This document shows, in pieces, positions 39,059-50,187 of a DNA stretch of 64,000 bases. A program made the translations under genes and the position numbers. Within the stretch, counting starts at the first letter, position 1; each line of letters opens with the position of its first letter. The notes beneath the pieces are model-generated. The model did no database searches and was not told the origin of the DNA. It saw nothing but the letters and a program-made list of their open reading frames with translations. The stretch comes from Podospora anserina. Its lineage: Eukaryota. The stretch is taken from NCBI GenBank assembly GCA_017654855.1, contig CM030333.1, positions 3,596,001 through 3,660,000 of the forward strand, given 5' to 3'.

Positions 39059-40478
39059 TGTGGTTGTTGGTTGTTCCTGGGTATGTAAGTTTGTTGGTTG
39101 GTGCAAACAAAACAATGACAATTCGGCAGTTGTCTGGCTCCTGCAGAATGCAGGTTCAATCACACTTCACAAAATAGCTCGATCAAAAATTGAACAAAAA
39201 AATCCTTTCGATGGACGAAAAGGGGGGTGGGAATGCACCGCTTAAAGGGTCCCATCTTCTCAAAAGCCAAGAGATGACATCTGCCTTGTCTCGAGCTGGC
39301 CCTCCGATAGCTCAACCCACCTACCACCCTCCCGGGGGCCGTGTACTTTTTGCCTCACCCCCATTGTATGTATGTATGTACACGCACATATGCGGGGAGC
39401 CCTTATCCCCATGGGCATCGGAGCGACCCAGCGGCGGTGCGGCCTGTTGCATCACTGTCAAAGACCCAGAACCCCGACCACGGCCATCCCCCCACTCACT
39501 ACATTGCTCGGCTTTCCGTTTGTCTACCTCACCAAAATATCAGGTGAAAAATTCCGTGAGAAGACAGCATGACGACGCCGTTTCGTCGATCCGAGAACGA
39601 GTATGGGTTGTAGTTGAAAGAGGCTGACGTCATGCTGTGGCATGTGAACCGTGTGTTTTGTGGGGTAGACTAATGATGCACAGCCACAAGCCACAGTTTT
39701 CATGGGTAAAAATGTGGCGTTTAGATGGAAAAGACGCGCAATATCAGTTTGACAGGCGGGGGGTGGTCAACTGCCGAGAGAAAATATGCCTGGAGAGAGC
39801 GAGCTAGTGTTCTATTTTTGTTGATTTTAGAGAACTCATGTTCAACATAGGAGTTTGGTGGGTTGAGAGCAGCAGACGTTGACACACGAAAAGTGGGACT
39901 GCCCCAGAACATCAGCCCCTTTTTGCCAGAGAACGATGAACAGTCGACCTAGAAACATTTCCATGCTGTACTTTGTTGGTGACCAACATGCTATTTACCG
40001 TAAGTGTAGAATCAAAACTACTGGAAACATCTATCCAAGATCTCGTGTCCCCGTTTCGATTTACCCTCGCGCCCACTATCCCAGGTCGAAACACGCCTCG
40101 TTGATCTGTCACACAAAACCAACCTCGGGAAATCCGCAAAAATCCAAAAAACGTTTTGGAAATCTCCCGACATGTTCCGTCCATCCCAGACACAAACATT
40201 TTTCTTTCCCCTTAATCAGTGATGCACACGACAGTTTCACTCCCGCTCACACCCACCGGTCCCGGCCACGGCCACCCCCATCTACGGCCCTATCCGGGGC
40301 ATGGTGGCACGGAAGGTTAATCAACAGTTTTGCTACACACCAGTCATCTGAACTTTTCGGCACCGCAAAATCTTCTGGACCAGACAACAATCATCTATTG
40401 TCCCGAGCCCCTCATTCATTGTGCCTAATCAAGCTTTCATGTTTTGGGTATCCAGTCACATCATCAAATTCTCCGTCA

Positions 40479-42377
40479 TCACCTCCCCCAAAACTTCCAC
40501 CACGGCCTCTCATCATCCTCACTCAAAGCCCTCTTCATCCTACTCCTATCTGGAGCCCCCCTCCCCCTAACCCTCCAGAAATACACCGGCACCCCCGCCA
40601 CCACAAACGCAATCACTATCAGCGTCTGCAACGGCTGCGCAAACACAGCTCTGCTCAACAAAAACAGGCTGACGCAGCAAAAGATGATAGGCGTGGTGAT
40701 CCACGTCTTGTATGGTCTTTCCAGCGTAGGTTCTCTCACTCGTAGGACAATGAGTCCCAGCACAGTAATGAAATAAAACGTGTACCCCGCCACGCCGTAG
40801 AATGTAAGTAGTGTAGAGAACTCGCCCACGAGAATATAAGCGGCGGTCAAGACAGCGTTCAGAATCAGCGCCGGGATAGGGGTGAAAAACAGCCCTGTGT
40901 CCTCATCGCCAAAGAGTTTCGACATCTTCTTCTTGAACCAGGATCTTGTCCTGACTGTTGAGAGTGAGTCTGGGCTGCCGGTGCCATTTCCGAGGCGCCC
41001 GAATACAGAGGGGATGTACCCTTCTTTTCCGGCTACGTACACGAGCCGGCTGGAAGTGAAAGTGGATGAGTTGAGAGCGCCAAAGCAGGAGGCGCTGACA
41101 ATAAGAGCTAGGACTAAAGAGCCAATGGATCCAAAGACTTTCGATCCAAACATGACAGCAACGGTGTTGGTCGAGTTGATGGCGTCCAAAGGAAGGACAA
41201 AGAAGTAAGCGATGTTGGCGAGGACGTAGGAGATGATGACCAGGGGCATGGCGGTATGGATCACTCGCGGCAGATCTCGGCTGGCGTTGCGGAACTCACC
41301 CACAACATAGTTTGTCTGATAAATTGGTTAGCTAAGAGTAAACAGAACGGAGGAGAGGGAACTCGCATTATCCCACCCGTCATACGCCCAGAGGCCAGCA
41401 TACAGCGCCACAGCCCAGGCCGACGTCTCCGTTGATGTCCCCTCAAACCATCCGCGCTCCTTCCATTCCACATTCGCTGTGGTTCCCGAAGCCGAGTACC
41501 CAGTAATCGCCACCACCACACCAATGATGGTCACTGTGATCAAAGCAACAAACTTCAAAAACATGAGCATATCGTTCAACCTCGTCCCCAATCTCGTCGA
41601 AACGCAGTTCAAAAATGTGACCAGACTCAACCCCACCAATGCCACCGTCTTGTTGAACCAAGGATCAATCATCTCCGCCTCAGCGCCGATGAACGCCCTG
41701 ATGAGGTACTCGCCCATAATAATGGCGATAATAGCGGCGCTTCCAGGCTTCAACACCAACACAGCAACCCACGTAAACAGAAACCCCGAGCACTCCCCAA
41801 AGATCTTGGAGAGATACACCTGCGCGCCACCGTTTAATGGGATCGCGCCTCCCAGCTCTGCATAACTTGCGCCGCCCGTCCACGCCAGCACACCAGCAAC
41901 CACCCACACAATCAACGCAGCCCCTGGCGACCCAACATTCGAGTTGACCTGACTCGGCGACGAGAAAATACCCGACCCAATAATCAACCCAACAATCAGC
42001 GACAAGCCATTCAGGTACGTCAACGTCTTGTGCTTTTCCAGCGACCCACCGCCCAACCCGCCGCTCACATCCCTCGCCGAAGTTGGCGCCCCTATAGGAG
42101 CATACCCAGCGCCGGTGGTGGAAGAGAGCGGAAACAAATTCGCGGCAAAATCAAAGTTGGAAGTTACAGAGTATGATCGGTCTGGCCGGGTGCGCACAGC
42201 TGGGTTTGCGCTGTCGAGGGGATCGTCTCGTTCGAGGGAGGCACGCCGAGAGGACGAGATGCTAGGTCGGGAGTCGGTCTCGCTTGTATCGACGCCTGGA
42301 CTAGAGCTGGCGAGGGAGGCTAGTTCGAGAGAGTCGCGGCCGCCGGGTGGAGGGGCGGAGGAGTATAATGGCGGCAT
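40479..42377 (-). CDS. APC-superfamily L-type amino acid transporter (LAT/Mup1-like)
   Basis: Exons 42377-41367 and 41315-40479 (1848 nt) joined by a GC-AG intron. Motifs IIGSGIFSSP, SYAELG, GLWAYDGWDN-TNYVVGE, LERPYKTW. Confidence 0.9.
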
Positions 42378-43141
42378 TGCTCGCCCGGCCTCGGATGGGT
42401 TTTATGCGGTGCGGTGTGTTTGTTGCGGGGGTACTATTTTGTTATACCCTTGGAATTAGAGACGGAAGAATGACCATTTCTGGTTTTCGCTCGATCGAAG
42501 TACAGGTTGAGAGAGACGAAACGAGATTTGGCGGTAAAGACTTTGGTCGCTATGGGGTTGGCCAAGGAAAGTGATCGCAGACGTCACTGACGTTCTGGGT
42601 GTGTGTAGATTAAATAGGTGTATGCAGCGCAAAGTTCGTCAGGGGGTTGTGAGATGTCGAAAGTGCGGTGTAAGGAAACGATTTGTCGACCGCAAATTAA
42701 CGATATTGAGGGTCGAGTTTTAGACTTTGATCCAGGAGAGAAGTTCCAGGAGGCTTGAGAAAGGGTTGCGGCAGGTTGGCAGATGGGAACCAGAGCCAAG
42801 GCCGGGTATGGCCCGTGCATATGCAGCCCCGGCGTAAAAGGCTTGGCAGGGGTGCACAACAGATCTGTAAAACTTGGAGAACCATTGCTGGGAGTATATA
42901 TCTGGGTTTCAGTCCACTCGCTCTTCTCGGATATCATGTCAGGTTCAGTGTTCATTGTCATTTACTCCAGATGAGGACAACATGAGCAAAAAAGAACAAA
43001 GCCTATTCAGGGCACTCGCAGCCGTCTCCAAACCCCAGTTTTGACAAAGGGCTGGACCCGTTATTGTGTGGAGACTTACGCCATGCCAAGCACTGTCAAT
43101 GGAGCTTGACAACGAAGCGAGAATGGAGTCAAAAAATACAG

Positions 43142-43148
43142 AAAAAAA
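43142..43148 (-). terminator. RNA polymerase III terminator of the 5S gene
   Basis: T7 tract on the minus strand, 1 nt after the 5S 3' end. Confidence 0.85.
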
Positions 43149-43149
43149 T

Positions 43150-43268
43150 ACCTACAACACCGAGGATTCCCCAGTGGTCACCCACCTGAGTACTAGTTCG
43201 GCCCTCAACTGTTTCACTAGGGGAGAGCGGACGGGATCCCGTGCTTTCAGTTGGGTATGGTCGTAGGT
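43150..43268 (-). rRNA. 5S rRNA: Dispersed 5S rRNA gene
   Basis: 119 nt ACCTACGACCATACC...GATCCCGTCCGCTC...TAGTAC...GGGTGACCAC...GTTGTAGGT. Helices I, II, IV and V pair. Confidence 0.96.
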
Positions 43269-43292
43269 GTAGGATGGTGGTGAAAGTTGAGG

Positions 43293-43298
43293 TTATAT
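43293..43298 (-). promoter_or_regulatory. Upstream TATA element of the 5S gene (-30 to -25)
   Basis: ATATAA on the minus strand with TATA at -29..-26, the position described for Neurospora dispersed 5S genes. Confidence 0.65.
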
Positions 43299-43682
43299 CG
43301 TATGAGCTGGGATCTCACGTAGCACACAAACGACCAGTCTATCCAGATCTTGTCTTTTGCTGAGGAATGTGAAAGCAAATTATCAAAGATGCAATTAATA
43401 GCCAAATCCATACAAAGTGTGACAGATAACACAACTCTCCTAACAGTTCCTCCAACGGTCTTTGACGTCGGCAAACGCCGTTGAGATTTCTCACTGCCGG
43501 GCCCGATCTGGGGCGCCAAGATATCAACTAATCCCCACTTATTTTTTCTAGCTGCCCCCTGCAGGCAGAGAGAGCTCCTGCAGCTCTGAGCAATCGCTTC
43601 CAGGCGCAAGAGAGCTTGAAGCAGCTCTCACAACTTCTGACTTCTCTCTAATCTTTTGACCCACCAACGATGTGATAGCAAA

Positions 43683-46590
43683 ATGACCGTGATCTACGGG
43701 AGGTCAATCGGCCGCGCTCTGCCCAGGCTGGGCGCTCTTCGTTCCGTTCTCTCATGCTCTCGTTTTGGGGATGATATTCGATACCTCAGCATCACAGCCC
43801 ATAGATACGCCAACAGCGATGCCAAACTGGACTTGCCAGCTTTGGATCAGAAATGGCGGCAGAGATGGGCAGCTTTGAAGAGCACCAAGACCAGCGACGG
43901 AGCTGAAAAGAAATATGTCCTTCCCATGTTTCCATATCCTTCGGGGTATTTACATCTGGGGCACCTCCGCGTCTACACCATTGCCGATGTTGTCGCCAGG
44001 TTTCACTCCCTTCGAGGACATGATGTCTTGCTACCAATGGGATGGGATGCCTTTGGACTTCCGGCCGAAAATGCCGCTATCGAGAGAGGCATTGACCCGG
44101 CCACCTGGACCAAGTCCAACATTGCCAAGATGAAGGAACAGCTCGACGTCATGAATGGATCCTGGGACTGGTCTCGCGTACGTTTGCACCTAGCCTTGAA
44201 CCCGGCCACCTGGCTGACATGACTACCTTTCCCCCCAGGAACTGGCAACCTGTGACCCAAGCTTCTACAAACACACCCAAAAAATCTTCCTCCTCCTCCG
44301 CGAGCAAGGCCTAGCCTACCAAGACGAAGCAGAAGTCAACTACGACCCCGTCGACAAAACTGTCCTCGCTAACGAGCAAGTCGACGCCAACGGCTGCTCC
44401 TGGCGTTCCGGCGCCAAAGTCGAAAAGCGGAAACTAAAACAATGGTTCCTCCGCATCTCCCAATTCAGAGACTCCCTCCTCCAAGACCTCGAAATCCTCA
44501 GCAAAGACAACAACTGGCCCGAGCGAGTCCTAACCATGCAAAAGAACTGGCTAGGCAAATCCACCGGCGCAACCATCAAGTTCCCCCTCATGGCCTTTGA
44601 GCACATCACCCACTCCGCCATCGAGGTCTTCACCTCCCGCCCCGACACCCTCTTCGGAGTCCAGTACCTCGCCCTCGCCTCCACCCACCCAGTCGTAGCC
44701 CAGCTAGCAGCCAAAGACCCAGAACTGCAAGCGTTTCTAGATATCCTCCCCGGTTTACCCCCCGACTCCAAAGTCGGCTACCTCCTCCCCCACATCCGCG
44801 CGGTAAACCCCCTAGCCTATCACGACGAGACCCCCGAAGCGACAAAGAGGTCTGTCCCCATCTACGTCGCCCCCTACGTCCTAGGTGACTACGGCGAGGG
44901 CGCCGTCATGGGCGTCCCCGCCCACGATATCAGGGATCACTCGTTTTGGAAAACGCACCACAAAGACGAGCCAGTCCGGTTCGTCCTTGCCGCGTCGGAG
45001 GATGAGTCCACCACCGCCATGCCAAACGAGCCTTTTATCGACCACGGCGTTATGACCGCCCACAGTGGTCTCTTCAAGGGTCGTTCCTCTCAGGAAGCAG
45101 GTGAGATGATCGTGCGTATTCTTGAAGAGGCTGAACTGGCTAAGCCGGTGGAGAAGTGGCGGTTGAGGGATTGGTTGGTCAGCAGGCAGAGGTACTGGGG
45201 GACGCCGATCCCGATTATTCACTGCGGTTCTTGCGGTGCGGTGCCCGTTCCGGAGGAGGAGCTACCGGTAGAGTTGCCAGAGGTGGATGAGCACTGGGCT
45301 GGAAAAAAGACGGGTAACCCGCTTGAGACGCTGGAAGAGTGGGTGAATACGTCTTGTCCTCAATGCCACGGCCCGGCGAGGAGGGATACGGACACGATGG
45401 ATACGTTTGTTGATTCGAGCTGGTATTTTGCGAGGTTTATCGACCCCCACAACGATGAGGTGCCGTTTTCGAGGGAAAAGGCAAGGAAGATGCTGCCTGT
45501 TGATCTCTACATTGGCGGGATTGAGCACGCCATCTTGCACCTTTTGTACTCGAGGTTTATTTACAAGTTTCTCATGGGTTCGACGCTGGTTGGGGAGACG
45601 GAAGGGGTGCAGGAGCCGTTCAAGCGGTTGATTACACAGGGGATGGTGCACGGCAAGACGTACACTGACCCTGCCACGGGGAAATTCCTCAAGCCTGACG
45701 AGGTTGATCTCACTGATCCGGCCAGACCGAGGGTTGTGAGGACGGGGGAGGTGGCGGGGGTGAGTTATGAGAAGATGTCCAAGAGCAAGTACAATGGTGT
45801 TGATCCTACCGATGTGATCAACTTGCACGGCGCAGATGCGACAAGGGCGCACATGCTTTTCCAGGCGCCGGTTAGTGAGGTGCTGGATTGGGATGGGGAC
45901 AAGATTGTGGGGGTTACGAGGTGGTTGGGGAGGGTTTGGGAGCTTGTTCAGCGGGTTTCGACTATCTCATCATCGGCCTCGGTGAGGGAGTTTTTTGAGC
46001 AAGAAGCGGCTAGATTGGGAACGATGAAGGAAAAGGAACTCCAACAGTGGGATAAAGCTGCGAGGGTGTGGAGGGAGGTGCAAAAGACTGTTGAGAGTGT
46101 CACGGGGTCGTACGAAAAGGTTTACGCGCTGAACACGGTGGTGTCGGATTTGATGATTTTGACGAATGTGATTGTCGAGGAGGAGAAGGGTGTGCCGGAT
46201 GGGGTGAAGAGGGAGGCGGTGGAGGGGTTAGTGAGGATGATGGCACCGATTACGCCTGCTTTTGCGGAGGAGTGCTGGGCTGTTCTTCATCCTGGTGAGA
46301 CGTCGATTTTTAAGAGTGAGAAGGGGAGGTTTCCGGTCGCGGATGGGACGGTGGATTTGCTGCAGCCGAGGAAGCAGGTTTGTGCGGTGCAGGTGAATGG
46401 GAGGTTGAAGTTTGCGGCCGAGATTGCGGTGCCGCCTGAGGGGTTGGGAGAGGAGGAGAGGAGGGAGTGGGTTGTTGGGGAGGTCCTGAAGACGGAGGAG
46501 GGGAGGAAGAAGTTTGAGGGTGTTGATGTTGGAAAAGCAAAGAAGGTGGTGGTGGTCAAGGGTGGGAAGTTGGTGAACTTTGTCATGTGA
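43683..46590 (+). CDS. NAM2: Mitochondrial leucyl-tRNA synthetase
   Basis: Exons 43683-44177 and 44239-46590 (2847 nt). [13 protein letters not shown] (HIGH), [45 protein letters not shown]; bacterial-type LeuRS with an Arg-rich presequence. Confidence 0.95.
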
Positions 46591-46702
46591 TGTGGGATGA
46601 AAAAGATAACTTGTATTTTATTGTATTGATGGAGTGGTAACACCAAAATAAATGAGCGATAGATTATGATCATTTCTTGGTCTTTCTTCTCCTGGGTGTA
46701 GA

Positions 46703-47182
46703 GGAAGCAAAAAGCTCACCGGCCAGCTCCGTAGAGGTGGCCAGCTACGAAACCCTCGGTAGGGTTTGCTTCGCGGTTGGGTGGAGGGGGGGGGGGGGGG
46801 GGTTTGTTGTTGATTTGGGGGGGGTCGGTCGATATTCTTGAAGGCCATCTTGAGAGATAGGGCCTCACTGAGGAATCGAACTCAGGCGTCCATGGAGCCC
46901 TGTTTCCAGGGGGCATTGTTCGTTGCCTGATCCGGGCCACCTACGTCTTACCCGCTGAGCCATCTGACCATTCCAGTTACCGGATGAGTGCGTAGGTGGT
47001 TGTTGGAAGGAGCATGGTTAACCTAATATATAAACCATGGGTTGCTCCTGCCTGCTCTTGCTCTTGCTCTTGCCGTGAGGCATGGGGTGTTTCTGAGGAA
47101 GGTGCGACTTCCATTACCTCGGGAGCAAGTGCCACGATGGCTACCTTCCGTGATACCCTCCAGTCCTGGAAGGAAGTCCACC
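46703..47182 (-). repeat. Non-coding element, copy B (long form), candidate structured ncRNA or non-autonomous element
   Basis: Same ordered motif blocks as 8931-9143, plus a 265-nt extra segment bounded by CAACC (47040-47044 and 46775-46779); hairpins with C(UACG)G and GAAA loops on the minus strand. Confidence 0.6.
46861..46969 (-). pseudogene. tRNA-like sequence with Pol III A and B boxes (degenerate tRNA or internal promoter)
   Basis: GGTCAGA then A box TGGCTCAGCGG (46962-46952) at tRNA position 8; T arm CTGAG-TTCGATTC-CTCAG with B box GTTCGATTCC (46881-46872); 3' TGAGGCC pairs 5/7 with the 5' end. No canonical anticodon arm and no adjacent T tract. Confidence 0.55.
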
Positions 47183-47331
47183 GCAGATTGAGGAAATGAG
47201 GAGGTTAAGTATAAACAACCGGTTTGCGATCATCATTTTGACTTTTGTGGAACGAGATCGGATGGTGGGATTAACACTTCAACAAACCACACCACACCAC
47301 CACTCAAACCACCCCCTCCCCAACGGTCTTG

Positions 47332-48410
47332 TCAACAATCCTTCCTCCAAAAATACACCCCCCTCCCATTCCCCCTTCCCTTCACCTCGACCTCCTCCCC
47401 ATTATTCCTCAGCGATATCCTCTCCTTTTCCTCCCCCTCAGGATCATCCCTCCAAATCTCCACCGTCCCCGCATAATTCTTCAGCTCCCCTCCCCTAACA
47501 ACCATCTCCGCCACCCTCCTCGCCTGCTCTACATCCCCCACCTCAAAAAGCACCCTTTTCGGCTGGAGGACACTCACAATCTCGAGCAACCTTGCATAAA
47601 ACACATCCTCCGGCAGGCAATCATACCCTTTTCCTAGGTTCACATCCGGAACAAGAGCGAGTTTAGGCTCGTATAACCGGACAGAACGTTCAGTGTTTTT
47701 GTTGAAGCCAGCGGGGGAGATGTAAGGGGGATTTGATGTCAGGATGTCTAACTCTCCCGGGGAAAAGGGGAGGGAAGAGAGGAAGGAAGGAGAAAAAATG
47801 TCGGATTTGGTAAAGGTTATGCTTTTGGAGGCGGAAAGGGGGAGGTGGGAGAGGGAGATGTTGTGGGAGAGGTTTTGGCGGGAGAGGGAGATGGCGAGGG
47901 GGGAGATGTCGACTCCGAGGGTTTGGCTGGTAGACGGGAGGAGGGAGGCTATCAAAAGGGGGATGCAGCCTGTTCCTGTGCAGAGGTCGAGGATTTTGAG
48001 GGGGGAGGACGAAAAAGGGAGGAGGGTGGTGAGGTGGGTTATTATGGATTCGGTTTCTGGTCTGGTCATTTAAGGTGGGTTAGTTTGGATATAAGTACCA
48101 AGGAAGATGGAAGGGTGAAGAGGGCATACCGTGGGATGAGAACACCTGGTTTGCAGAGGATATCAAGGGGGCCGAAGGGTTGGTTGCCGAGGATGTATTG
48201 TAATGGTATCCCCTTTTCCCGCTTGAGGCAGGCTTGCCATATTCCAAGCTTTCGGGGCACGAGGGAATCGGTTGAGTTGACGTGCTCTTTTATCCAGCGG
48301 AGTTCGTTGGCGGTTGAGTCGAGGGTTCGGCAGACGGGCAGAAGCAGGGGAGCAAAGGGTGATATTTGCTTCCGGGCTTGTCGAAATAGAGATGGTGCGA
48401 GTCGGGGCAT
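47332..48410 (-). CDS. MTQ1: Mitochondrial release-factor N5-glutamine methyltransferase (HemK/PrmC family)
   Basis: Exons 48410-48130 and 48061-47332 (1011 nt). PLQYILGNQPFG, VLIPRPETE, ILDLCTGTG, SNPPY, YEPKLAL. Confidence 0.9.
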
Positions 48411-48837
48411 TTTGATCTTGGGTGTGTTGGTGAGATAGATATCGTGATTTGGGCTAAGATGAGAACTGACATGAGTGAGCTGCTGGTGAGGTGAGAGGAA
48501 GAGTTTTGAGCTACCAACCCCGGAATCGGTGATGGTATTTCAGAATCAATAATGAGATTTTTGAGTAACTGACTACATTCAACAATTTCAAAAGCACCCT
48601 TTTGGTTGTTTACACATGTTGAGGTGAAGCTGTATCCTAGTGAAGTGAAATATTTTACTATCGGGTCTTCGTGTATATGCATACCCTGATAGCACCGAAA
48701 CCTTTGGTTCACAAGAACTTGGATATGATTACGAATATACTTGAGACATAATCCACCAAGGAGCTCTCTGTCATCATGCAACTACAAACTGCGTCTTACC
48801 AGCCAAGACGTCCAACCCGCCCAGTCATTCCTTCGCC

Positions 48838-49973
48838 ATGATACTGCAACGAGTAGCTCAGGTGTGCGCCAGACCAATAACCCTGAGAGGGTTTGCGACC
48901 AAAGCGAAGTCACCACCATCATTCCCGACAACGCCGACATGTCCCTCGCCAACATGTGCATGCGCACCCACCCCCGAGTTCCCCGAGGGGTTTGAAATTG
49001 ACCACAAGACAAATATCAATGGACTGATTTCCAACTACGCGCAACATGTCCTGGTTTGCACGGGCAAAGACGACTGGCCGTCCCGTATTGAGGACGACAA
49101 CAGTGGTGATAACCTCGCTGCTGACCTGCGTGAGTTAGTTGGACGTGGGGGTCAGTTCAATGATGTATTTCCCCCTCCCCCCCCCCCCCTTTTGAGCCTC
49201 ACACTTGCACGCTGATATTAACCATCGTCACAACATAGCCGTTCCATAACATCTCAGTCCTCAACGCTTCATTCCCCTCATCGCCTGCTCCCAAATCACG
49301 GCCTGAGTTGCAAACCACGTCAGCTTACCTCCTCCCTTCATTCAAGTATGTCCCTTGGCTACCGCGAGTCTCATTTGACAGCGTTGAGGCACTGGTGAGG
49401 GGCTATCTCCTCCCTGAAAAGCTGCACCCATTGCATGACGGGCTGTCACCCATTCACCGAGACCGTTTACTTCGCAAACCCGCCTATCAAAACGCTCTGT
49501 ACGGTGTCAAGGACGTCGATGAGGTTGTGGTGCTCATCTGTGGACATGGAGGGCGGGACCAGAGGTGTGGTGCTTATGGGCCACTGCTGAGGGGCGAGTT
49601 TGAGAAACGACTGCCTGAGAAGGGCATCGAGGTGGTTACAGGGCCGGTGGAGGTGGAGGTGGACGAGACAGTTCAGGCCCTGGAAGACGGGGAAGGGAAG
49701 AAGGACGAAAGAGCCAAGACGGCGGCCAGAATTGGCTTGATCAGTCATATTGGTGGACATAAGTTTGCGGGCAATGTCATCATTTATATACCTCCAAACC
49801 AGACAACCAAGGATGGGGTGCGGCATCCGTTGGCTGGTCATGGGATCTGGTATGGGAGGGTTGAGCCGAGACATATTGAGGGCATCGTGGAGGAGACAAT
49901 ATTGCAGGGAAAGGTGGTAGAAGAGCTCTTTAGGGGAGGTATCACTCAGGATGGAAAGATTCTGCGACTTTGA
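48838..49973 (+). CDS. AIM32: Sucrase/ferredoxin-like 2Fe-2S protein (Aim32/Apd1 family), with mitochondrial-type presequence
   Basis: Exons 48838-49164 and 49239-49973 (1062 nt). ICGHGGRDQRCG, SHIGGHKFAGN and WYGRV motifs; the N-terminus MILQRVAQVCARPITLRGF resembles a presequence. Confidence 0.8.
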
Positions 49974-50187
49974 TGTGGCAGAGCTGGTAAGGTAGTCCGT
50001 AGATATAGTGGCTGCATATGACAGTTTCCATTGTCGGGGTCTAGAATCGGATAGGTGCATATGCACGGACCCTTTTTCATTCTGGCCCCCATCTTCCATT
50101 GACACTCACCTCGCTTGGTCTTTGGTTCTTTGACCTTCTCCCGGATACAGAAAACAACTTTACCGTACACGATCTTATGCCCTGGAG

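Noticed and set aside
47020-47110. Hairpin-ribozyme-like words (AGTC, AGAAACA, TATATTA)
   Set aside because: The helices required around loops A and B cannot be built, and copy A lacks the loop B words.
47120-47212. U1 snRNA-like words on the minus strand (ATACTTAACCT, ATCACGGAAGG, GCACTT)
   Set aside because: The 5' end does not match ATACTTACCTG, the spacing to loop I is about twice too long, and no Sm site plus stem IV follows.
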